A stretch of DNA of 36,294 nt from an uncultured Candidatus Bathyarchaeia archaeon (GCA_964347405.1 CAYFYM010000069.1:1-36294); one strand, 5' to 3'. Shown: positions 25,599 through 33,173, numbered from the stretch's first letter. The notes: generated from the sequence alone by a model not told the origin. Numbers and translations are program-made.

Positions 25599-27011
25599 GT
25601 GACCGCCCCCAGCCTGTGGGAGGTCCTCGACAGGGCCTGCAACACCGGCCCCGCGGTGCCGGCCAAGGACTTCGACATGAAGGTCTTCAGGGAGGCCCAG
25701 CGGCTCGTCAGGGACCACGACATCAGGTACGACCCTCAGACGCCCGTGTCCACTGACGACGGCCTCGCGGACGAGGTGTGGGAGGCTGGGCTGGAGCTCT
25801 TCGCGGAGGTGGGGGCGTACTGCATGAACTCCAACAGGGTCATCATGTTCACGGAGGAGGAGATCAGGGAGGGGCTCAGGGGCCTGCGGGGCGAGGCCAG
25901 CATAGGCGAGGGCCCCGAGCGGAGGGAGATAGGGCTTAGGGGCGTCGAGGACGGAAGCCCGCCCACGGTGCTCTGCGGCGGAGTCATCGAGAGCAACGTC
26001 CCGGAGGGGGAGCTCTTCGTGAAGCTCTACCAGAGCATCGCCCAGGAGCCGGCTATAGACGGGTTCTACGTGGGGCCGCCCCTCCAGTCCTCCGAGGGGA
26101 GGCTCGTGCGCTCGGGGACGCCCTTCGAGACGCATCTCGGCAGCTCCATGGCGTCCTGGGTGCGTGAGGCGACGAGGCGGGCGGGGCGGCCTGGCCTGCA
26201 CTTCGCGTCGGCGTGCACGGCCGCCATCGCCAACGTTGCCGCCAGCGACTCGGTAGAGGGCCTGAGGAGGAGCGACGGGATCGTGGCCACCATAATGCCC
26301 GAGCTCAAGACGGACTACGAGAACCTCAACAAGATCGTCTACTGCCACGACTACGGGTGCGTGAAGCACTTCTACAACGGCGGCATGATCGGCGGCTGGG
26401 CGGGGGGCCCGGAGGGGGCCCTGGTAGTCGCCATCGCCAACGCGATAATGGTGGCCATGGTCTACTGTCTGGGGGAGGGGGAGTCCTACAACGCGCTGGG
26501 GTACCTGCGGGCCTCGACGCCCAACTACAGCGCCTTCGTCACACGTCCCTGCGTCTGGGGGTCCTCGATAGGCAGCCAGGCCATATCCAGGAACTCCAGG
26601 GTAGTCAACACCGCGATAGCCATGACCAACGCGGGCCCGGGCACCGAGATGCAGTTCCAGGAGATCGTGTCGGCGCTCTGCGCGTCCATGCCTTGTGGAA
26701 GGGAGGGGCTGTCCGAGGGGGTGAGGCGGTTCAAGGTGAAGCCCCTCCTCGGCAGCGGCCTGGAGAACAGGTTCTGGTGCGAGGTGGGGCAGGCCATGTC
26801 GAGGGCGAGCCGAGAACTGGCGGGCCACATAGCCGAAGAGATGCTTTCTAGGTACGAGCACAGGATCACGCGTGACTCCGACGGAGGCCCCGTGGGGCAC
26901 ACTTTCGACGAGATATACGACTTGGAGACGCTTCAGCCCCGGCGGCGGTTCCTGGAGGTCTACGACGGGGTGAAGAGGGATCTGGAGGACCTGGGATTAG
27001 AGTTTAGGTGA
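25599..27011 (+). CDS. MtmB-like methyltransferase, pyrrolysine-free
   Basis: 470-aa ORF whose GTG start lies 5 nt after the corrinoid gene stop. YCMNSNRVIMFTEEEI, AGRPGLHFASAC and the C-terminal TFDEIYDLETLQP...VYDGVKRDLEDLGLEF closely parallel MtmB as I recall it (TFQECYDVKTVTP...VYDGARKKLEDLGLVF). No in-frame TAG. Confidence 0.85.
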   Translation: MTAPSLWEVLDRACNTGPAVPAKDFDMKVFREAQRLVRDHDIRYDPQTPVSTDDGLADEVWEAGLELFAEVGAYCMNSNRVIMFTEEEIREGLRGLRGEASIGEGPERREIGLRGVEDGSPPTVLCGGVIESNVPEGELFVKLYQSIAQEPAIDGFYVGPPLQSSEGRLVRSGTPFETHLGSSMASWVREATRRAGRPGLHFASACTAAIANVAASDSVEGLRRSDGIVATIMPELKTDYENLNKIVYCHDYGCVKHFYNGGMIGGWAGGPEGALVVAIANAIMVAMVYCLGEGESYNALGYLRASTPNYSAFVTRPCVWGSSIGSQAISRNSRVVNTAIAMTNAGPGTEMQFQEIVSALCASMPCGREGLSEGVRRFKVKPLLGSGLENRFWCEVGQAMSRASRELAGHIAEEMLSRYEHRITRDSDGGPVGHTFDEIYDLETLQPRRRFLEVYDGVKRDLEDLGLEFR

Positions 27012-27015
27012 TGGC

Positions 27016-28431
27016 TTGACTGCGCCGAGTTTCTGGGAGATACTGGACAGGGCCTGCAACTCTGGGCCCGAGACCCCTGTGAGGGACTTCGACATGAAGA
27101 TATTCAGGGAGGCCCAGCGGCTGGTGGAGGAGCACGGCATAGAGTACGACCCCGAGGTCTACGTGCCCAGCGACGATAGCTTGGCTGATGATGTCTGGGA
27201 GGCGGGGTTCGAGCTGTTCATCGAGCTGGGGGTGTACTGCATGAACTCCAGGCGCGTCATCATGTTCGAGGAGGACGAGGTGCGGACGGCCCTCAGGGAG
27301 GTGCGGGGCGAGGTGGAGATCGGTGAGGGCGGGGAGAGGAGGCTCGTCAGGAGGCGGGGGATCGAGGGGGAGAATCCCCCGGTCATCGTGGGCGGCGTCA
27401 TCGAGAGCGACATCGCGGAAGGCGAGAACTTCGTGAAACTCTACCAGGCCATAGCGCAGGAACCCCTCATCGACGGGCTGTACGTGGGGCCGCCGGTCCA
27501 CACCTCGGAGGGGTACACGCTGAGGATGGGGTCGCCGCTGGAGGTGCACCTGGGGCGGTGCATGGCGGCGTGGGCCCGGGAGGCCGTTAGGAGGGCCGGG
27601 AGGCCGGGGCTGCACTACGTCTCGGCGTGCCCCTCGGCCATCGCCGACATCGCCGGGTGTAACCCCGAGAACGGCACGCGGCCCTCGGACGGAATCATGA
27701 TCTCGGTCACCTCGGAGCTAAAGACCGACTACGAGGCCCTGGCGAAGGTGGCGTACGCGCTGGACTACGGCTGCGTCAAGGCCACCCACGGGGGCTCCAT
27801 CATAGGCGGCTGGGCGGGGGGCCCAGAGGGGACGGCCGTGGTCTCCATAGCGGACTTCCTGTGCGCCGCCATGGTGTACCACCACAGGGTGGGCCCCACC
27901 TACGGCGACCACGGGTTGACGAGGTGCCCCGGCCCAGTCCCCGTATCCAGCGTGAACCCCGGGATGTGGGGAACGGAGCTGACCGGGCAGGCCATAGCCC
28001 GGAACTACAGGGGCGTAAATGGCCGCTTCTTCCTGACGGCTGCGGGGCCGGGCACCGAGATGCAGCTCTGGGAGGTGGCCGCCTTGGGCATCGCGGCCCT
28101 TGCTTCTGGCCGCGACATGTTCTGCGGTGGGGGGATTAGAAGGTACAAGGTGAAGCCCATGCTGGGCAGCGCCCTGGAGAACAGGTTCCACGCACAGCTG
28201 GGCCACGCGGCCCTCGGCATCAGCCGCGTGGACGCCGACGAGCTTGTCAGACGGATCGTAGATAAGTATGTCGATAACGTGACAAAGAATGGTGGTCCAT
28301 GGGGCTACACGTTCCAGGAGATTCATAACACGAGGACTCTCTCGGTTAGGCCCGAGTTTCAGGCCGTTTACGACAAGGTCAAGAGGGAGTTGACGGACAT
28401 GGGGCTAGACTTCCAGTATGGACTCAGTTAA
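27016..28431 (+). CDS. MtmB-like methyltransferase, pyrrolysine-free (tandem paralog)
   Basis: 471-aa ORF whose TTG start lies 4 nt after the preceding stop. The N-terminus MTAPSFWEILDRACNSGP is nearly identical to the preceding gene. It has AGRPGLHYVSAC and no in-frame TAG. Confidence 0.85.
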   Translation: MTAPSFWEILDRACNSGPETPVRDFDMKIFREAQRLVEEHGIEYDPEVYVPSDDSLADDVWEAGFELFIELGVYCMNSRRVIMFEEDEVRTALREVRGEVEIGEGGERRLVRRRGIEGENPPVIVGGVIESDIAEGENFVKLYQAIAQEPLIDGLYVGPPVHTSEGYTLRMGSPLEVHLGRCMAAWAREAVRRAGRPGLHYVSACPSAIADIAGCNPENGTRPSDGIMISVTSELKTDYEALAKVAYALDYGCVKATHGGSIIGGWAGGPEGTAVVSIADFLCAAMVYHHRVGPTYGDHGLTRCPGPVPVSSVNPGMWGTELTGQAIARNYRGVNGRFFLTAAGPGTEMQLWEVAALGIAALASGRDMFCGGGIRRYKVKPMLGSALENRFHAQLGHAALGISRVDADELVRRIVDKYVDNVTKNGGPWGYTFQEIHNTRTLSVRPEFQAVYDKVKRELTDMGLDFQYGLS

Positions 28432-28460
28432 GTTGAGGTTCGTAGAAGTGGATTAGTTGT

Positions 28461-28487
28461 TAGCGGGGGGTAGATTTGAACTACCGC
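28461..28487 (-). repeat. tRNA T-arm plus acceptor fragment at the GC-rich/AT-rich boundary
   Basis: The reverse complement is GGTAG-TTCAAAT-CTACC-CCCCGCT-A, a perfect T-arm and 7-nt acceptor 3' strand. There is no anticodon arm. Confidence 0.6.
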
Positions 28488-28514
28488 CCTTGCATCTCAT
28501 ACAAATTTAGTGCA

Positions 28515-29018
28515 TCATTCAATCTCTATCTGACCTGTGTTGTCTAATCTTGCTACCAGCCATTCATAGTTTTTATTCTTGATTACTTTTTTCACTTGAG
28601 CCCTAAGTAAATTGATATTCTGATTTTCAATTTTTTTAGATAGAAACATAATATCACTGATTACGCCCCTGCTGTTCATGTCTTTGAATACCAAGAAGTC
28701 CACTGGGTTCAATATAGGTTTGATATCATATGGGTCTAGTTTCAACTTTCTGAGATCCGCTTTAATGGCTTTGCTAAAGACCTTTTGAGCCTCTTTTCTC
28801 CCTTTTTCTACTGCGGCCTCCCTTAATGCACTCTCTATCTTGTCGAATTCCTCCTCTTTTTTATCCATTTCCAGTGATCTATTCTCATAATCGTCCAGCC
28901 AAGTTTTCTCAACTATACCCTTAGATTTCAGTCTTAGATCAGAAACTCTTACTATTTCTCCACATTCTGGGCATACGCATAAAATCTTTCTGAATTCTTG
29001 AAATTCCTCGAACTCCAT
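28515..29018 (-). CDS. Hjc-related endonuclease-fold protein (PF10107/COG4741-like), probably catalytically degenerate
   Basis: 167-aa ORF with an N-terminal CVCPECG, a charged coiled coil, and a C-terminal NPVDFLVF...DIMFLSKK...LLRAQVKKVI that is collinear with its neighbour. The E-x-K position reads S-K-K. Confidence 0.6.
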   Translation of the reverse strand: MEFEEFQEFRKILCVCPECGEIVRVSDLRLKSKGIVEKTWLDDYENRSLEMDKKEEEFDKIESALREAAVEKGRKEAQKVFSKAIKADLRKLKLDPYDIKPILNPVDFLVFKDMNSRGVISDIMFLSKKIENQNINLLRAQVKKVIKNKNYEWLVARLDNTGQIEIE

Positions 29019-29494
29019 CAGAACACCTCGTAAAGAACTTTCTTATCCTGTACCGCATCTCGTACCTGTCTTTGATTCTTATTGAGCCGGGCGTTTCCGC
29101 TTTTTACTTCAATGAAGCTGATTGACTCTATTTTATTCTGGCAACATCCATTGAATGTCAATAGGTCTATGGGATTGCCCAAAAACCTGCAATCGGGAAT
29201 ATTCCACCTGAAATCGTCCATAGTTGGTAAAACTTTTTCCAAGATTTTACCAATGTTAACGGCGGTTGTAGTAATCGTTGCTCTTTCAGTAGCTAATTTC
29301 TTGCTTTTTTCTAGACCCTTTTCTCTTTGTCTAAGTTCTTCTTCGTATCTTTCCTGTACTTCCTTTACTTCAGGGGGGAATGGTTTTGTTCCGTCAAAGA
29401 GAAATACTTCCGATAGTTTAAATTCACCACCACACGGACATTCAGCGTACAGGTCTGAATTTTTTAACTTGTCAATAATGTCGCTAGTTTTCAT
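29018..29494 (-). CDS. endonuclease related to archaeal Holliday junction resolvase (PF10107/COG4741-like)
   Basis: 158-aa ORF with an N-terminal CPCGG, a coiled coil, and RFLGNPIDLLTFNG...ISFIEVKSGNARLNKNQRQVRDAV (a PD-(D/E)xK-type D...E-x-K core). Its stop overlaps the next start (TGATG). Confidence 0.7.
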   Translation of the reverse strand: MKTSDIIDKLKNSDLYAECPCGGEFKLSEVFLFDGTKPFPPEVKEVQERYEEELRQREKGLEKSKKLATERATITTTAVNIGKILEKVLPTMDDFRWNIPDCRFLGNPIDLLTFNGCCQNKIESISFIEVKSGNARLNKNQRQVRDAVQDKKVLYEVF

Positions 29495-29659
29495 AAAAAA
29501 TCTTTAATGAAAATTATATTTAAATATTATAATGCTTAATTCTATTTTCCATTAAATAAGAGATATTCCATAGTCACTTTCCTAATCGAGACGGCTGCTC
29601 CGGCTATATGGTACTCTTCCATATCGTTTGCCATAAGCTCATCTAGGAAGGCCTCTAAC

Positions 29660-29818
29660 TCAGTCGATTGGACCTTGTTCTCCTAGTAGAGTAACTGGTA
29701 TGTTTCCGCTCGAAGAGACGATGTTTTCCTGGGCTATGGCTGGTGTGATAAGTGACAGCAGTGTCACTAGAGTGAAAACCATCGCCATGGATTTCTTGAT
29801 GATCGGCTGGTGGTTCAT
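29660..29818 (-). CDS. 52-aa secreted small protein (signal peptide), unannotated in the ORF track
   Basis: My manual translation is MNHQPIIKKSMAMVFTLVTLLSLITPAIAQENIVSSSGNIPVTLLGEQGPID. It has a basic n-region, a hydrophobic core and an AIA-Q cleavage-like site. Its ATG overlaps the upstream stop (ATGA). Confidence 0.4.
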   Translation of the reverse strand: MNHQPIIKKSMAMVFTLVTLLSLITPAIAQENIVSSSGNIPVTLLGEQGPID

Positions 29819-30051
29819 TTTCGTTCTTCTTTACTACCGTTGCTCGTGCGCGCGCCCATGTAGAAAAAGGAAATCCCGACAATAAATGATATTAGAGCAA
29901 ATACAAATGGGATGAATGCGTCAAGATTCAGAAAACCCGGTAGTATAAAAAATGCAAATCCTACTATTAACATGAATACTCCTACCGAGAAGTCATATGT
30001 TCGTTTATCCACATCTTGATGGTCTCTATGCTGGTTATTAAACCTATACAA
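29815..30051 (-). CDS. 78-aa two-TM membrane protein
   Basis: The ORF has two clear hydrophobic helices (FSVGVFMLIVGFAFFILPGF, FIPFVFALISFIVGISFFYMG). It is translationally coupled to the 52-aa ORF. Confidence 0.4.
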   Translation of the reverse strand: MYRFNNQHRDHQDVDKRTYDFSVGVFMLIVGFAFFILPGFLNLDAFIPFVFALISFIVGISFFYMGARTSNGSKEERK

Positions 30052-30210
30052 ATAATGCGTGTACCTAGCGCGCGCATGCTGTAGCAGCGCTGAAGCGTTT
30101 TTATGGGTGTTGCTGACATATTTGTTGTTACTCTGGGTCCCGGTTTATCCTCCATGCGGGCGCGTGTTATCTGTTATATAATTATATAAAGATACAATAT
30201 GAGTTGAACA

Positions 30211-31767
30211 ATGAAAAAGGTGAGTATTTTCAATGAGGTCATCGGCCCAATCATGAGAGGCCCTTCTAGTTCCCACACTGCTGCTTCCTATCATCTAGGA
30301 AAACTAATTCGTGATCTGTTGCACCAAGCCCCGAAACAGGTGATAATCGGTTTCGCAAAAAACGGGTCCTATGCCGAGGTCTATCATCAGCAAGGCAGTG
30401 ATCTAGGGTTTGCCACTGGGATAATTGGCAAGAAAATCACGTCAGACGGCTTCAATGACGCCCTCAAGAATGCGGAAGACCGTGACATAGATATCCAGTT
30501 TAGGGTCAAGGAGTTTAACCGGGAAGTCCATCCAAACGCTATCGCCGTTTCTGGTGTATCAAGATCTGGCACCGAGATCGAGGTTCTGGCAAAATCGATT
30601 GGCGGTGGCGCCGTCCAGATCGATGAACTAAATGAATGGCCTGTCAACATCACCGGAGACTCATATGAGCTAATAATTGAATCTGATGCTCAGGTTTCAG
30701 ACACCATTAAAGATGAACTCGAGGGGTGCAAGGGAATCATTTCTTACACCGAACAAAGTAGAGGCGGAAAGACGCTGACGACTCAAAAAATGAGTCACCC
30801 CGTTGAAAAAAACACTGTGAACAGACTCGAGGAAATTGAGGGCGTGAGCAGGGTTTGGCGTATAAACCCGTTTTTCTACGCGCCCATAGGTGAAGCCCTT
30901 TTCTCGAACGCGAACGACATGGTGTCCCTGGCATTGGACAGGAATCTTTCGTTGGGCGGAATAGCTCTGGCGTATGAATCTACGCTCTTAGGTATCTCTG
31001 AAAAAGAGGCATTAGACGAAATGTATCGGAGATACCTGCTGATGAAATCTGGAGTCGAGAATGGACTGAAACTACGGGAGGGAATGCAGCTTTTAACACC
31101 TACAGCGGGGAAGATCATGAAGGCTGAGAGAGAAGGCAAACTGTACATCGGCGGCATGCACACGAGGGCCGCTGTCAGAGCACTTGCCGTCATGCACGTT
31201 AACAGCAGCATGGGTGTGGTCTGTGCGGCCCCTACGGGTGGGGCCGCCGGCACACTGCCAGGGGTTTTCACAACGCTAGTTGAGGAAAAAAGGCTCGGTG
31301 AAGAAGAGATAGCCCTCGCCATGTTTGCCGCCTCGGCCGTGGGTTTGATTCTAGCTATAAGGGGGACGTTTGCGGCTGAGGTCGCTGGGTGTCAGGTCGA
31401 GATAGGCGCCGCCGGAGCAATGGGCGCAGCCGCCGTCGTGGAGGCGGCTGGGGGTTCAGCGAAAGAAGCCTGTGATGCAGCGGCAATCGCCTTCCAGAAC
31501 ACGATGGGCTCCGTCTGTGATCTGGTTCAGGGCATCGTGGAGATCCCGTGTCATACCCGAAACGCCGTCGCGGCTTCATCCGCTTTCGTCTGCGCGGATC
31601 TGGTCATGGGTGGATACGTGAACCCTATCCCCCTTGATGAGACCATTGACGCGGTTATGTCGGTGGGCTTCATGCTTCCCAGAGAACTCAGGTGCACCGC
31701 TCTCGGAGGAATCGCCTCAGCGCCATCGGCCCTACGCATGAAAAACCTGAAACACGCACAGGAATAA
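30211..31767 (+). CDS. sdaA: L-serine dehydratase (iron-sulfur dependent, fused beta+alpha domains)
   Basis: 518-aa ORF with an N-terminal MRGPSSSHTAA motif, a C-terminal alpha-domain with CAAPTGGAAGTLPG, and Cys ligand positions. Confidence 0.9.
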   Translation: MKKVSIFNEVIGPIMRGPSSSHTAASYHLGKLIRDLLHQAPKQVIIGFAKNGSYAEVYHQQGSDLGFATGIIGKKITSDGFNDALKNAEDRDIDIQFRVKEFNREVHPNAIAVSGVSRSGTEIEVLAKSIGGGAVQIDELNEWPVNITGDSYELIIESDAQVSDTIKDELEGCKGIISYTEQSRGGKTLTTQKMSHPVEKNTVNRLEEIEGVSRVWRINPFFYAPIGEALFSNANDMVSLALDRNLSLGGIALAYESTLLGISEKEALDEMYRRYLLMKSGVENGLKLREGMQLLTPTAGKIMKAEREGKLYIGGMHTRAAVRALAVMHVNSSMGVVCAAPTGGAAGTLPGVFTTLVEEKRLGEEEIALAMFAASAVGLILAIRGTFAAEVAGCQVEIGAAGAMGAAAVVEAAGGSAKEACDAAAIAFQNTMGSVCDLVQGIVEIPCHTRNAVAASSAFVCADLVMGGYVNPIPLDETIDAVMSVGFMLPRELRCTALGGIASAPSALRMKNLKHAQE

Positions 31768-31893
31768 AAAACATGGCCGGAGACAGTTGACGGGTTGATC
31801 ATTCCCCTCCTCAGCGGCAGTCTTCATTGAATTGGGTTTATGATTCCTCAGACTATAAGGTCTTGACAAGGTCCTCAGCTCGACGATAGATAG

Positions 31894-32118
31894 TGGTAGG
31901 GGGCGATTTGAACCACCGATTTTGGGTTTATTAACTCCCACAAACATCAAGACGCAGGTTCAAACCTAGAACAACTGACCCCGTAACCAGTAGAGTAACG
32001 AAACAAGGCTTAAAACTACAGATTTTATTCGCGTAATACCAAGTAACCCGACACAAGAAACAAAATTTTCCGAGATTACAACCTACTTGCAACAAACAAC
32101 GATGGTAGCGGGGGGTAG
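31894..32118. repeat. ~225-bp direct repeat, copy 1 (bounded by two tRNA-like fragments)
   Basis: Near-identical to 32945-33173. The left end, TGGTAGGGGGCGATTTGAACCACCGATTTTGGGTTTATTAACTCCCAC, is tRNA 3'-half-like. The right end, TGGTAGCGGGGGGTAG..., continues to 32134 as a perfect T-arm plus acceptor plus CCA. Confidence 0.85.
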
Positions 32119-32326
32119 ATTTGAACCACCGACCTAGCATTTCTAGTATGTATCAAGTTGTGCATTCGTCGTCAAAGGAAGCCGAAAGAAGGGAGCACGC
32201 TGGTATGACACTAACCGGAACATGAGAAGAAAGATTTTTTATAGAAAATTTATAAAACAAGATTAACACCCGAGTGTGATCGACACTGAAGAGGATCTAA
32301 ACTCTTCACACTTGCAAGGTGAGTCT

Positions 32327-32881
32327 ATGTCAAAGGTTCTCGTAATGAATGGAAGCCCCAGACCAAAGGGAAACACCGCCTATCTCATAGGAGAGCTCAG
32401 TAAAGTGCTCGTTGAAAAGGGGCACGACGTGGAGGTGCTGGACCTCAACGATCTGGATATCAAGCCGTGCCAAGGCTGTTTCTCGTGTTATCGCGGGTTT
32501 CCCCTTAGGTGTGTGCAGGACGACGCCATGAATTCACTGTACCCCATGGTTTTGGGGTCCGATGTGCTGGTTTTCGCTTCTCCCATCTACTGGTTTAACT
32601 ATTCTGCTCAGTTGAAACTTTTCGTCGATCGTCTGGTGGCGTTGCACGTGGAAGGTGGTCACGCGTTAGATGGGAGAAAGTTCGCCTCCATCTTCGTATA
32701 CGGTGATACGGACTCGGAGGCGTCCGGGGTCTTCACCGCCATGGAGTCCGTTGATCGGGTGGTTTCGTATTTTAAAGGCGTTTATCTGGGAATCGTTCAT
32801 GGTACAGGTGGAGACGATCTCACCGTCTCTGACAATGAGATGCTTCTTGATGAACTAGGAAAGCTGGCAGACAAGATATAG
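32327..32881 (+). CDS. iron-sulfur flavoprotein / NADPH-dependent FMN reductase family (flavodoxin fold)
   Basis: The ATG at 32327 is preceded by GGTGA. It has MSKVLVMNGSPRPKGNT and the compact Cys motif CQGCFSCYRGFPLRC (C-x2-C-x2-C-x7-C) typical of ISF proteins. Confidence 0.8.
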   Translation: MSKVLVMNGSPRPKGNTAYLIGELSKVLVEKGHDVEVLDLNDLDIKPCQGCFSCYRGFPLRCVQDDAMNSLYPMVLGSDVLVFASPIYWFNYSAQLKLFVDRLVALHVEGGHALDGRKFASIFVYGDTDSEASGVFTAMESVDRVVSYFKGVYLGIVHGTGGDDLTVSDNEMLLDELGKLADKI

Positions 32882-32944
32882 GCGTCTCGAAAACCACCTC
32901 TCCAGCTTTTGGTAAGTGTAAAACAGAAGGTAGACCCAGATAGC

Positions 32945-33173
32945 TGGTAGATGGAGTAGATTTGAACCACCGATTTTGGGTTTATTATCTCCCACAAACA
33001 TCAAGACACAGGTTCAAACCAAGAACAACTGACCCCGTAACCAGTAGAGTAACGAAACAAGGCATAAAACTACAGATTTTTTCGCCTAATACCAAGTAAC
33101 CCGACACAAGAAACAAAATTTTCCGAGATTACAACCTACTTGCAACAAAACCAGCGATGGTAGCGGGGGGTAG
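32945..33173. repeat. ~225-bp direct repeat, copy 2
   Basis: Collinear with 31894-32118, differing by about half a dozen substitutions and two small indels by eye. The terminal tRNA-like piece is truncated after TGGTAGCGGGGGGTAG. Confidence 0.85.

Noticed and set aside
25590-26900. Very long antisense or off-frame ORFs inside GC-rich genes, for example 25590-26900(-) 436 aa, 23725-24744(-) 339 aa, 27004-27615(-), 1701-2555(+), 689-1336(-) and 15748-16296(-).
   Set aside because: Their translations are Arg/Gly/Pro/His-rich and low in complexity. They lie fully within well-supported genes on the other strand or frame. They are stop-codon-poor shadows typical of high-GC DNA.
23484-28431. Pyrrolysine (in-frame UAG) usage in the MtmB-like genes.
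   Set aside because: All three ORFs are uninterrupted at full MtmB-like length, and the region aligned to the Pyl codon encodes ordinary residues. There is no amber codon to be read through.
31931-32140. 69-aa ORF on the minus strand inside the first 225-bp repeat.
   Set aside because: The translation is Cys/Leu-rich and implausible. The frame is not preserved in the second repeat copy because of indels. The sequence is more likely non-coding repeat DNA.
8597-33173. An integron-like gene cassette array as the explanation for small gene blocks separated by repeats.
   Set aside because: The repeats are tRNA 3'-half-like, not attC-like imperfect palindromes. No IntI-type integrase or attI is visible, and gene orientations within blocks are mixed. 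Serial tRNA-targeted integration fits better.
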